Positions 1 to 27,980 are shown, counted from the first letter of the stretch. The stretch: DNA of 64,000 nucleotides from Tubiluchus corallicola (GCA_030141605.1 JAQGDQ010000224.1:248001-312000); one strand, 5' to 3'. Numbers and translations are program-made. The notes: generated by a model not told the origin, from the sequence alone.

Positions 1-3000
1 ATGATCGTTAACAAATATAGCCAGCATTTGCTGTAATGTCCTCATAAATCTCTCAACGAGACCATCTGATTGTGGATGATACGGGGTTGTCCTTGTTTTG
101 TCAATCTGCAAAGCAGCACACATTTCTTGAAATAACTTTGACTCAAAGTCTGGCCCTTGGTCACTATGTATTTGAATTGGTACTCCAAACCTGCATATAA
201 ATTCGGTCACCAACACATCTGCAACAGTATATGCCTCGTGATTAGGAAGTGCATAGGCTTCGGCCCATTTTGTAAAATAGTCACAGACGACCATCACCAC
301 CTTATTTTTCTTATCAGTCTCTTCTAGTGGTCCTAAAATGTCTATTGCTATTCTTTCAAATGGTCCAGTTGCCCTCTGTTGTTGCAGTTTACCTCTTTTT
401 GGTCCTTTTCCAGGTTTTCTTCTGGCACAAGCAGCACAATATAGGCACCATCTTTTAATGTCTGCCTGATAACCTGGCCAGTAATACCGTTGCTTTAATA
501 ATGACAGACTCCTCTGTATTCCTTGGTGTGCACCAGTTCTGGTTTCATGCAAAGCTCTAAATAATTTCCTTCGTAATGCAGTTGGTACAACCATCTGGTA
601 TACAGGAGCACTTGGTGTTACATCTGTTTCCCACTTCTTGTACAGCAATCCATCTCGTACCTCTAATACATCAAACAAGTTCCAGTATGCCTTGAAATCT
701 GGGTGTTTATCTTTCACATCTTTCCAGCTGGGTCGGTCCAAATCTTCTTCTTTCAACTCCTTGAATAACAAAACTGCTTCCTCTTCCTGTTGCATGTTAA
801 TAACATCTTCTCTTGACAAATCTAAAACAAACTTTTTCTCTTCTTCATCTTCTACCTCTATTTCTTGACTTGCCAATATTCTGCTGGGAGCCACTACAAA
901 ACATGAACCATGCGCTGCTTCCTCAGCCATATAGGGAGCCTCTCCTAAACACAAATCGTGCGCTGCTTCTTCCATATGAGGAGGAGCCTCTACCAAACAC
1001 GATTTCTGCGCTGCTTCCCTGATATCACCAGGAGCCTCTACAGAACACAAGTCGTGCGCTGCATCCTTTCCACAAGTAGGTGCCTCTGTTATGCACAGTC
1101 TGTGCGCTGCTTCCTGGTCTTCATAAACATTGTCAAGTCCATCTTCCCCCTTTCTGGAATTACCTTCCATGCATAAGCATTCTTTTCTACATCTTACTTT
1201 ACCTTTTCTGAAACTACTGCTTTCCTCTTCTCCATTTCCAGCTGGTATTGCATAGATAAAATCACACTCAGCATTGTTTGGAACTTTTAAAATATCGTTA
1301 CGTGTCCTCTTGCTAATTTCTTTAGAACTGTGGGCTTCTTTCGTGCCTTTATGCCTGTCGTCATTACAGTCCTCTCTTGGGCATTTGCTAACCCTTGTAT
1401 TTGGTTTTCTGGATAATCCATCAGCATTCCCATGTTGTGTTCCTTTTCTATGCTCAACACTAAAATCATAAGTGTCTAAAATAGATAACCATCTTGCTAT
1501 CATACCTTCTGGGTTCTTGAAATTGATGAGCCAAGTTAGTGCTGCATGATCAGTCCGAATCCTAAAATGTCTTCCCCATAGATAATGGTGGAATTGTTTT
1601 ACAAATGTGATAACAGCCAGTAATTCTTTTTTTGTAGTACAGTACTGCCTTTGTGACTGGTTTAATGTCCTACTAGCATAAGCAATGACTTTCTCTTCAT
1701 CGACTTGTAACTGGGATAAAACAGCTCCAATCCCAGAGTTACTGGCATCTGTATCTAAGATGAATTTTCCCTCCTGTGTTGGATATGCCAATGCAGGACT
1801 TCGTGTTAAAAGATCTATTAAGGTGTTAAATGCTGCCATACATGAATCATTCCAAATAAATGTTGCTCCTTTCTTTGTCAAGGCAGTAAGGGGGTCTGCA
1901 ATTGAGGCAAAATGTGGAATGAATTTTCTATAATATAAAGCAAATCCCAAGAAGCTACGTACTTGTGTAGGTGTTTTTGGGAATGTCCAATTCTTTACAG
2001 CCAGTATTTTGTCTGGATCACATCGGATGCCTTGACTATCCACTACATGCCCTAGGAACCGAACACTTGTCTGAAACAGTGTGCTTTTTGATGGCTTGAT
2101 TTTCAAATTTGCTTTCCTCAAGCGAGAAAATACTGTCTTTAAATTATTTTTAGCCTCTTCAAAGTTTTTGCCAAAAACAATAATATCATCGAGATAGACA
2201 AGACAATTCTTCCATTGTAAGCCTCTAAGTACTTCTTCCATTAACCTCTCAAATGTGGCTGGTGCATTACAAAGGCCAAACGGCATCACTCGAAACTGAA
2301 ATAATCCTTGTCGTGTAACAAAAGCTGTTTTAGGCTTCGACGTTTCATCCATTTCAACTTGCCAATACCCGCTAGCTAGGTCGAAAGTAGAGAACCAGTG
2401 GGACCCACGTAATGTGTCAAAAATCTCTTGAATGTTTGGCAGTGGAAACCCATCTTTAATTGTCTTTTCATTTAACTGACAATAATCAACGCAAAATCGT
2501 GTGGAGCCATCCTTTTTAGTCACCAACACGATCGGTGAGGCCCAGGGACTGTTGCTGTGTTCAATAATTTGTTCTTTGAGCATTTTATTTATTTCAGCTT
2601 CAGCAATGGCTCTTTTCTGTTCAGCCAGTCTTCTCGGAGCTTGTTTAACTGGGTGCTCAGTACCAGTGTCAATAACGTGTCTTACCAAGTTTGTCCTGCC
2701 ATATTTATTATCGGGCCCCACAAATATATCCTGATATTCCTGTATCAAATTTACGAGAGAAGATTGCTCACTAGGTGAAAGCTTAGAGCTGATTTCTTCT
2801 ATTAGTTGATGCAAGTGCTCAGGGAGCAGAGATTTCGGAGCACCCTTTTCACCAATATTTTCTGGCAACACTAAGTCAATCTGATTATCTGAAGAAGACT
2901 CATGTTCATAATCTGAACTATCCACTGAATTCTTGAAACATTGTATAGTAACTTCACCAATATGGAGAATTCCTTGCTGCATATCTAGCACAGCACTTCT

Positions 3001-3554
3001 TGGTTCAAGAAAATCCAATCCTAAAATTCCGAAGGGCCCTCCAATGGAAGCGACAATCATTGTACTAGTGGTACTTATTCCAGCTAATATAACTTGGAAT
3101 TCAGCTTCTCCCATTTGAATCAGTGTACTAGTGGTACTTATTCCAGCTAATATAACTTGGAATTCAGCTTCTCCCATTTGAATCAGTGTGTGTCCACTAG
3201 CTGCTTGAAGATTCTTTTCGGCGCTTTTCAAGACTGGTCTTTCTTCTTCCGGAATACTATAATACATGTAAACATCTAATATGCTAGCACTGGCTCCACT
3301 ATCGATTACAAAATCTACATCTAAACTGTTGATTAATAATTCTACATGCCAACAATATTTATAATCTACTGGTAGAACTACAATGTTCTCACTTCTCTTC
3401 TTTATCAGATCGGAGTGAGGAGGAATAACTACTTCTTCTTTGTTCAGAGCTGCAACTACCTCTTGCTTTCCCGTCACGGGGCCAGTGCAAGGTAGTATTC
3501 CTGAGGCCTGTGTATTCATGACCGGGACACTGGCCCCATGCCCGGTCTCCTTTA
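1..3554 (-). CDS. pol: Gypsy (Ty3) retrotransposon pol polyprotein (PR-RT-RNaseH-IN), runs off the window edge
   Basis: Minus-strand translation gives protease VIDSGAS (~3285-3310), RT VYLDDI (~2182-2199), RNase [18 protein letters not shown] (~1540-1755) and integrase HHCC plus [18 protein letters not shown] (<600). The PR, RT and IN motifs checked share one frame. The ORF track calls no closed ORF in this frame, consistent with no stop before base 1. Confidence 0.93.
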
Positions 3555-3561
3555 GTTTAAC
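3478..3561 (-). promoter_or_regulatory. Predicted -1 programmed ribosomal frameshift signal (G UUA AAC + H-type pseudoknot)
   Basis: Heptamer GTTAAAC directly before the gag stop, a 7-nt spacer, stem GACCGGG/CCCGGTC, and loop GGGGCCAGTG complementary to downstream CACTGGCCCC. pol is in the -1 frame. Confidence 0.75.
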
Positions 3562-5317
3562 TGCTTATGTACCTGGTTTTCAGAACCAACAGCTTCTTCT
3601 CTTGGTCTTTTTGGAGATGTAGCTATCGAAAACTGTGTCATCTTGGGAAATCTTTCTCTGCAAAATCTCATCACATGTCCAGGCTTGTGACAGTAGTAAC
3701 ATTCAACCTTCGCACGCCAGTCATTTTGATTTCTCACCTCATTTTGTTTTTGCATATTTGATTCAACGTTAAACTTCTTTTCTTGTTTTTCAGTATTAGT
3801 GAGTTCACGCAGCTGGTATTTTACACTGTTCAGCTCTTTCATAATTTCTTCCAAAGTTATTTCTTTGCTTGATGATGCTTTGTGTGTATAATTCACTTGG
3901 TTGATTCTCGGTTGTAGCGGCTTCTTGCTTCTAGCTTCGGCGGCCTCCTTAGTCACTGCCTCATATTGTGCAACTTTTGTTATTGCATCCTCAAGCGTTT
4001 TTGGTTCCTGGAGGCTGGCATGCTTTCTGACTTCTATGTCACCAAGTCCTTCCAGGTATTTATCAATTAGTAAAGCTTCACTAGCTTCTTTTGACAAACC
4101 AGGATAGGCTAAGCCAAACAAACGTCGAACTGTAGCTCCAAATTCTTCCGGAGTTTCACTTAATTTTCTCATTCGATGCCTCAGCTCACTGCGATGTTGT
4201 AGCATGCGTTCAGCTGGATCAAAACGTTTACCCAGTGCTTGGATGAGTGACATGTAAGTCACTTCACCAGAATCCAAATCCATTTCCATTGCAACTTCAA
4301 GTGCATCCCCTTCCAAGCATAAGGGTAGGTGGGTCACCCATTCAGTTCTTGGCCAACTGTTGTGTTTTGCAACTAGTTCAAACTTTGCAATAAATTGTCT
4401 GAACTGCAAGCCATCTCCTGTTTTAAAAGTAGGAGGCTTCTTTTCTTTGCGTATTTTGCCTGCTCCTTTTGCTTGTGTTGTCGCAGTTGGAGTTGACTGT
4501 TTGGTAAGATGGGGCAGTGGTGTCCATCCAACTTCAGGCTGATTTGGTGTTGTATAACTTATATGTGGCCATCTTGGTTCTACTTCTTCACCAGCTTCTG
4601 ATGCATTTCCCTCTGTTGACCATTCTGACCATGGTGAATGTACTTCTACAGGTGGTGCTTCAATCCAGCCTGTATGTCTCGCACGTTTTCGCTTGCTTTC
4701 AGTACTAGGTGTACCGAGATTGGATAAAGTTGTTTTTGGTTTTACAGATGGTGTTATCTGTAATGTAGTCGGCTGCAAGCTTTCTTCGTTTTGCAGTGCT
4801 GCTGGGAGTGTTGCTCTTCTCTTGCTGAATTTTCTATCTTGTTAAGATGTGGCAGTGGTGTCCATCCAACTTCAGGCTGATTTGGTGTTGCATAACTTAT
4901 ATGTGGCCATCTTGGTTCTACTTCTTCACCAGCTTCTGATGCATTTCCCTCTGTTGACCATTCTGACCATGGTGAATGTACTTCTACAGGTGGTGCTTCA
5001 ATCCAGCCTGTATGTCTCGCACGTTTTCGCTTGCTTTCAGTACTAGGTGTACCGAGATTGGATAAAGTTGTTTTTGGTTTTACAGATGGTGTTATCTGTA
5101 ATGTAGTCGGCTGCAAGCTTTCTTCGTTTTGCAGTGCTGCTGGGAGTGTTGCTCTTCTCTTGCTGAATTTTCTATCTTGTTCTGCTCCATCTGTTTCCAT
5201 CTTATGCATAGCATTTTCTATGTGGACCTCTGTATTTTGTGCTCCCACAATTGTATCAGTGTTACTTTTAGGAGTGGAAGTCAGAAAGGATTTTAAGTAG
5301 GATAATATAGCTGTCAT
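3552..5317 (-). CDS. gag: Gypsy gag (capsid + CCHC zinc knuckle), frameshifted by an internal 338-bp tandem duplication
   Basis: ORF 4754-5317 (ATG at 5317) and ORF 3552-4778 share a duplicated segment. Retrotransposon-gag-like helices ([24 protein letters not shown]) and the knuckle [14 protein letters not shown] are present. Confidence 0.9.
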
Positions 5318-5387
5318 TTTACCAATTTTATTACAGCTTGCCGTTCTTACTCAGTTTGAATCACAATGCCTCAAAACAAAATTCAAA

Positions 5388-5405
5388 ATCCCGGACGAGC
5401 CCCCA
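5388..5405 (-). promoter_or_regulatory. Primer-binding site complementary to tRNA-Pro 3' end
   Basis: Minus strand reads TGGGGGCTCGTCCGGGAT (18/18 the tRNA-Pro PBS known from MLV), 3 nt after the LTR end ...CACTACA. Confidence 0.92.
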
Positions 5406-5408
5406 AAA

Positions 5409-6871
5409 TGTAGTGTGGCACAGCTCGGCTTAAGGGTATGATATTAGGTTAAAGTGCCACCTATCATTGACTTCTGCAACTAACTTTATTTTACTTTATT
5501 TTTACATAAAAAAATGTTGGGTTCAGCTTTGACAATATCTTGAGGCTACTTGTAATTCAAATTTAAACTGAGTAAAAGCAACAACAAGTGAACTAAGATT
5601 AAAAATAATTTATTCTATTGGCTTTACTATAAAATACAGCTAATTTTAGTTAGGTAAAATCCACAATCATCAATACTATTCTTGTTTCTAGTTAAAGAAA
5701 TCTTCTATAGCAATTGCAATTGGTCATGCAAAGAATGCTAGAGTCCAGGTTTCAGTAAGATTAAGCAGTTGCAATTTTCATGCCAGTCCTGTGTATAGGT
5801 ACTATGTTCCTGTTCCACATTTAACTAAAAGTGAGCAAAACTATGATCCAGTCTCTTCTTTCACTTATTTGTATAAGATCTCGAATAACCCCGGATCAAT
5901 AGCTAGCTGACTTGTGATCTGCAACTTTTTTTTAAGTGGAACTTTTTCATTCCAGGAATTTTCTGCAACTTTTCTATTCTGCAACTCTTTAAATTCTGCA
6001 ACTCTTTAAGTTCTGCAACTCTTTAAATTCTGCAACTCTTTTCAATTCTGCAACTCTTTTCAATTCTGCAACTCTTTTAATTCTGGAACTCTTCTATTCT
6101 GCAACTCTTTTCAATTCTGCAACTCTTTTAATTCTGGAACTCTTCTATTCTGGAACTCTTTTAATTCTGCAACTCTTTCATTCTGGAACTCTTCTATTCT
6201 GCAACTCTTTTAATTCTGGAACTCTTTTAATTCCTGGAACTCTTTTAATTCTGCAACTCTTTTAATTCTGGAACTCTTTCATTCCAAGAATTTTCTTTTA
6301 ACTCCAGGAAATTTCTGCAACTCTTTTAATTCCAGGAAATTTCTGCAACTCTTTTAATTCTGGAACTCTTTTAATTCCTGGAAATTACTGGAACTCTTTT
6401 AATTCCTGGAAATTACTGGAACTCTTTTGATCTTGGATTTTCCTGGAACTCTCAGCAACTCTTTTAAATCTTGGATTTTCCTGGAACTCTCAGCAACTCT
6501 TTTAAATCTTGGATTTTCCTGGAACTCTTTTTGTCTCTGCAACTGCTTTAATCCTGAAACCCTTTTCTAGCTTCTCTTTTGGTTTCTAGAACCTAGTGTT
6601 TCTGGAACTCTTTTCTAGGTTCTAGATTCCTGACACATCCTAGCTAGTTTTGAAAGCTAGCTTTATCTAGTAAGTTAAAACTTACTTCTCATCCTGCTTC
6701 TTTTCCATGTTTAGATGAATCTTCAGTTGCTGTAGCTCTTTATCACTTTGAAAATGTTCGGATGTGTGTGGTCAATAGCCTGGCCCTCCCTTTATATAGC
6801 CGCCTGAGCGTCGGCGTCGCTAAGTTACCCTGGATTGTGCATTGTAACCGAGGGGTGGGCTGTTCATTACA
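5409..6871 (-). repeat. Putative 5' LTR (~1.46 kb) with internal degenerate tandem repeat
   Basis: Termini TGTAATG...CACTACA form an imperfect inverted repeat. TATA (CTATATAAAG) lies at ~6790-6799 and AATAAA at ~5485-5500 on the minus strand. The outer boundary is inferred because the second LTR is outside the window. Confidence 0.65.
5920..6620. repeat. Degenerate ~17-19 bp tandem repeat (CTG[C/G]AACTCTTTTAATT) inside the LTR
   Basis: Dozens of visible copies. Confidence 0.9.
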
Positions 6872-8331
6872 CTTTGTTACTTTCAGTCTTCTAATTATAA
6901 TTTCATCAATTTGTTTTGCTCTTTTTTTAACAGCGCATATGTTTGTCTACATTTAATCTAATTTATCAGCTTATGTTTGATCCTTTTTGTTTTTATTTTC
7001 TTGTTTTCCAAACCGGGAATTCACCGGGTTCTAAAGTTTCATCGCCCTGTGTTTATCTTTCGGTCAGCATCTGGTGTGCTCGCCGAATAGCGAAGATGTG
7101 CATAACATAAGAGCATCCATAATGGCTGCGTCCATAGTGCGTGTAAACAATATTAAAATTCCGATGATTATATTTTTTTTAGAGAATATTACAATATTAC
7201 TCGATTTTGTTCTGCAGTAAAACCATCAATAATTTGTTTGAAAATTGTGCACAGAAATCACAGCTAAATTATTTTAATTGCATGATGTTTCAATCATTTT
7301 AATGATATGGAACATATGTGATTGAAGTGCCAAATTATTCGAATCTATAGTTTTACATTCGAATCTAGTTCGAACTAAAAAACTCGTTCGACTCGAATTC
7401 AAATGTTCGTATTATTGATGGCCATTATACTGCTGTACCATATACAGCATAATTGTTGTACCTCAACGAGATATTCTTTTAGCCTTGAGGGGTGATAGAT
7501 AGGAGAAATAGCCTCCTAAAACATGCAGTGTTTGCAAACTAGTTGGAATGCATTCAAGGGGTATCTTGATGACATATGGCAAAACTGCTGCTGCAATACT
7601 GAAGCAGTGCCTTCAAGCAAATTTTAGTCAATATGTAATGTTCTTTGTAATCTTAATGAGGACATTACAGGGCTTTACGTTTTTAATGTTAAAGATGACA
7701 GGTCTCACTCATAATTAGCATTATCTTAATAATTATTTGTATAGTTTTCAAGAACAGAATGGTCAACAGGCTAATGCCTAACACGTGGGTGATGGTATGG
7801 TGTCCTAAACCACTATTTCACATGGAGTAGTTTGCCAGCAGATATCATATTGCCTCAAGCTCTCGAGTGTAACGTTTTTTTAAAAATGGTTACTGTTTTC
7901 AACTTTCTGCAGCATTATCTTCTTTGCAATGCTTTTAAGTTATTTGTTATTTTGTTTAACCAACTTTCATGAAACACACGGACCTGTATATAATTATAAT
8001 AATGACATTTACTCAGTATTTTTTTACAATTTAATAAAATTTAAAAATAAATTCTCAAAAGCATAAAGTGGTCGTGTAAGCGTACCTTTTGATGTTAATA
8101 AAATTGTAGTGACGTCATACGCACAGGAGTTTTTAACTATTGCTGAATTACAGTGGTTCCTTTAGCGATAAAATAGGAACTCTTGGGACGAAACATTAGT
8201 GATTTGCCGAACTTCTGTGTCTTAAAAATGCCCAAACCTAACGCTGTTTTAGAAAAAAAACTTTAGAGCAACATTGACGAGTTTAAAACCTATAACTTTG
8301 GGTAGTCACCGGTATACCTTGACATTTCAAA

Positions 8332-23811
<15,480 letters not shown>

Positions 23812-24349
23812 ATTTTGTTAGTCTGTGATGATGAAACATGAAATGTATATTTATCAGTTTATAACCTGTTACTTGGAGTCTGTTGTAACTCATCACCTGT
23901 ACGTCGTTTAGTAGTTTTGCAGGTAAATACTTTGTTTGATACGCAGGGAGGCGAGCAGTAGCAAATCCAAAAGTGCATGAAATTCCAACTTTCGGCTGTA
24001 ACCGTAGCCGTAGCCGTAGGTACACAATATGGTACGTGCATTTCCATTTGTAAAGTAACAGAAACAGGTTTTCGCATTTGTTAATGTAGAACATGATAAG
24101 TATATTGCTTATTTGTGATTTTGTATGCTAACTTCCTTCAAGTTAAAGTTGACACGTGTATAAGATGCGGCTTCGTACAATAAATTCAAGTTTGACAGGT
24201 CTGTGCAGCGCAATTTACCTTCAAATTACACTTATATCTTAGTTTGCCGGATCTCGCTTTTACGGATGTCGGAGCAAAACCTGGACTGTTAAAAAGTCCC
24301 ACATACTAGAGACACAGTCCGTTGTTTCACGAGCTGAACGCTAGTTGAC

Positions 24350-24525
24350 CGTCACTTTGTTTACATCATTACATCTGTGTAACCAAGCAGCGTGTCACTT
24401 TGTTTACATCATTACATCTGTGTAACCAAGCAGCGTGTCACTTTGTTTACATCATTACATCAGCGTAACCAAGTAGTGTGTCACTTTGTTTACATCATTA
24501 CATCAGTGTAACCAAGCAGCGTGTA
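24350..24525. repeat. ~42-bp tandem repeat inside a dispersed repeat family (related segments ~9750-10330, ~21590-21830, ~42290-42410)
   Basis: GTCACTTTGTTTACATCATTACATC... x4; shared TTGAGTCAATTGC and CAATCGGCAA...GACGTCTCCCC motifs. Confidence 0.75.
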
Positions 24526-25729
24526 ACGACACGTGTGTAGCTTGTATGTCAGCTTGTTTAACTGGTTTTGATTAGCAGAGTTATTTGAGTCAATTGCTGA
24601 CAGTTTTTATACACTTTTGCATAATTGCATGTGGGAGACCCGAACTAGACGTTTTTGAGACAATTTGGTGATTGATTCTACATTATCGTGAGTCTAATAC
24701 ACGGCAGTTACTGTATTAGTTTAGTATCGGTAAATACGGACAATCGGCAAATTTGGACTGACGTCTCCCCGCTTTTGTCCAGCGAACTGAGATATGAATG
24801 TAGTTCATTTAGGTAAGCTGTGTCTTAGCTGATACTAGCACGGCATAATTTTACTGATATGTTTACTATATAAGATACATAAATGTGGGTTTATGCTATG
24901 ATTACATTTCTAATGAAATACATCAATCGTCAACATATAAGATCAGTCAATGATTTAATCCACTGTTGTTTGTTTGTTTAATATTCGAGTATATAGTCAT
25001 TTAATGAGATTTTGCTATCTAATTAATAATGCTGCACATAATCTATGCATACATGTGCATAAATTATGCAAATTTTTCCTGAGATGTAATATTTACCTCA
25101 ACGTAAGCATATAATTACAATTCTTACTACAAGCGTATAATCAATACGTACAATTCCTAGAACTCACGTGAATTTTATTCTCAACATTATAGCGAGAGTG
25201 ACGACCGTTTACAATCTTGCTGTTCGACGTACCTCCATGTGCAAGCCTGCCTGCCTGTTCCTGTCGTGAATAATATCTTCACGTATTCTGCCTGCTTATA
25301 TCCTGCCGTGAATAACGACTCCAAACATTCAGTTTGCCTAATCCTTCTGCGCCTTGTTGGCTGTGTTGATTAGTTGTAGATATTGAAATTATGTGATAGA
25401 ATAAGTAAGCAAGTCGTTTGTTGCAGTTAGTAAAGATTGATGAATTGTAGAAACTTTGACGTAAGGTATTTCTTTTGAAAGTTTTAACACGTATGATATC
25501 CATTTCTCGAAGAACTAGGTTTGAAAATGCTGTGAGTTTTTTTCAAGTACAATGTTGTCATCCTTAAAAGTATGTTATTCTCAATTGTTAAGTGTGTTTA
25601 TGTCTTGCTTATATCTAAATTGATGTAAAAATGTTTGTTTAAATGCAGTAGCTGAACATATTTAAAAGCTAATATATTTTTCACCTTTATTATCATAAAT
25701 CTTTACTTAATTAACGTCTAGCATAACGT

Positions 25730-26000
25730 CAGTCGTTCCCGTCGACCGCCCAATAAGCGTGCAAGATTTTTTCACACCCACGCAGAGCTTATTTAACGCG
25801 GTTCTTTCGGGACATTTAGCTGCAGCTGCATATTGCCGGGCATCTAATACTGTTATGAAAAATGCAGTCATTCCCGTCAACAGCCCAATCAGCGTGCAGG
25901 GTTTTTTCACACCCACGCAGAGCTTATTTAACGCGGTTCTTTCGGGACATTTACCTGCAGCTGCATATTGCCGGGCATCTAATACTGTTATAAAAAATGC
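25730..26000. repeat. Two-copy tandem duplication (~135-140 bp)
   Basis: TTTTTTCACACCCACGCAGAGCTTATTTAACGCGG... repeated twice. Confidence 0.85.
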
Positions 26001-26772
26001 TCAACTTTTCATTAGTTAGCGGGAGAAATATTGGCCTGGTTCTAGATTTCATTATTGTTGATTTAAATTGCCAGTGAATTGGTGGAAATATATAGTCTAG
26101 TTTTGTTTATTATAGGAAGAAATGCACAGCGCTTGAGTCTATGAGTTGCTGATTAAATCATTTTGCTATCAATAAAACACACAGTTTAGTTGTGCTTATG
26201 ACTTTGCAAGTTAGATAAAAAGCTGAAACAACCAATATGATTGAAAAGGATAAATTAACCTAACGAGGTTAGGCGATCATGATTAGACATTAGTTGTCAC
26301 GTTGTTTACTAAAGACAGTTGTTATCCAGCGTGAGCTGCTGTCCCAAATACCGCTAAGCAGGCTTACGTTACAGCGCACGCGGAGCGACAGACCAATATA
26401 CTTGACGTCGATTAAGACGTGATGCGTGTCATAGATTAGAACGGACTTTGGCATTTTCAGTTTTTGTCCTGTGCCATCAGTGTCGTTGATCAACATTTTT
26501 AGTACCTGCTTTTTGTGATACGAAAGCAACTTTTGACGAATTTGAAGTAATGCAGAGTATTTTAGCTTTCAGACTGTATTATGTCGGCTAAAAACCTTGT
26601 TGTTGGTGTGGAAACTTATTAGCGTCTGATACACAATAATGTAAATTTATAAAAAAATAAGCTAGAATGCTACAACGTAACCCCCCTCCTGAGAACTGAA
26701 AACGAGTATTCCAGATCATTCTGATTTTCCAGGAAGATTCCCGAATAACTTGACCTAAAAATGAAATATTAA

Positions 26773-26912
26773 GTGGCGTTTATGTAGCATCTGGGTGTGG
26801 GGAGTCGGTTTACAATGTACCCGTTTACGCAGCCTGAACGTGCATTTTTTTCCGCAGGTGGAAAACGCACCTGCATTGGCATCCGCGATTCCGGATGCTA
26901 CGAAAATGCCAC
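26773..26912. mobile_element. Small MITE (PIF/Harbinger-like)
   Basis: Imperfect TIRs GTGGCGTTTATGTAGCATCTGG / CCGGATGCTACGAAAATGCCAC, flanked by TAA/ATTA. Confidence 0.5.
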
Positions 26913-27596
26913 ATTAGTCTGAATTTCTAATAAGACTAGCAAGCAGTTCAGTGAATAACTTGTAAAAAAAAGATCATAACACGCAATGATTCAGCAAACG
27001 AGCCACAGAGCCGTTTGTTACCATTTCAGATACAATCAATTTGTAAGCTGTAGCTAATATAAGACACTATAGTCTTTTTTTAAGCAAACATGTACACTAA
27101 TGTAGTTTTTGAAGGTTCTTAGTAATTATTTCTCGTTAATCAGTCATTTAAAACATTGTAACTAGAACCAATTACATGTTCCAATTTCTTCGGGTTAATT
27201 AACTATATTAGCTACATAAAATTAAATTAAGTTTTATACATTGAATAGGAAAAACAGCTATGTCTTAGCTAGTTTTTTGTAGGACCTTTAATTTAAACTG
27301 TTTATTGATACGATATTTTCACTGTTTGATACACAGATTACATTAAAATAATTCAACAGTGATTACATGCTGGGTTAATTGTTTATGGTAAATACTGTGT
27401 TTATGTTTAAAGCAAGACTTGTAATATAATTAATTTGTATAATAAAAATAAAAACTATTGAACGTTTAATTGAGAAATCACTTATTTCTTAACAATGATT
27501 GACGAATCATTATCATTCACATTAAAATCTCATTCCATATCAGATACGTAATCAGTAGACATTGAATAAACAAACAGTTGTAAATTAATATAAAAC

Positions 27597-27815
27597 TTTC
27601 AATTACTTGTGGTGTATTAGAAACAGTATTAAACTAGTTTCTACCTGGTTATTATTAATTACATGTATTTGCATAGAGCTTATATTCAAGCAGAGTGCTG
27701 TAATACCTTGCACCTGTTCGTTATGTGGTACTTATATAAAAGCTGGGGCCAGTAACTGCCTGTGGTGTGTTACAAAATGTGCCCTGGACATGAATATAAA
27801 AGCATACACATTTTG
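27597..27815. mobile_element. Dispersed repeat family (also tandem copies 33825-34245 and inverted copy 35300-35592)
   Basis: AATTACTTGTGGTGTATTAGAAA...AAAGTATACACAT shared among copies. Confidence 0.8.
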
Positions 27816-27895
27816 ATTTTGATAAATCAATGTCATAAATAATGTCATATTACCTTGTTGCTGTCTGTACTATAATACTACACGGTAGAGTCAAT

Positions 27896-27980
27896 TTATG
27901 AACCAGTAGATAAAGATTCCAGATACTGTAGTGCATTCTGCAGGGAAATCAGACAATAGCCTTCTTCGCCCATTAAATAC
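27896..27980 (-). CDS. VPS9D1: VPS9D1 exon 14 (last coding exon)
   Basis: [27 protein letters not shown]. Confidence 0.93.

Larger units (their letters stand above)
1..6871 (-). mobile_element. Gypsy LTR retrotransposon, 5' portion (LTR-PBS-gag-pol)
   Basis: Domain order PR-RT-RH-IN, with a PBS next to an LTR ending in CA. Confidence 0.92.

Noticed and set aside
638-3622. Short plus-strand ORFs over the Gypsy element
   Set aside because: Antisense shadows of pol; no recognisable products.
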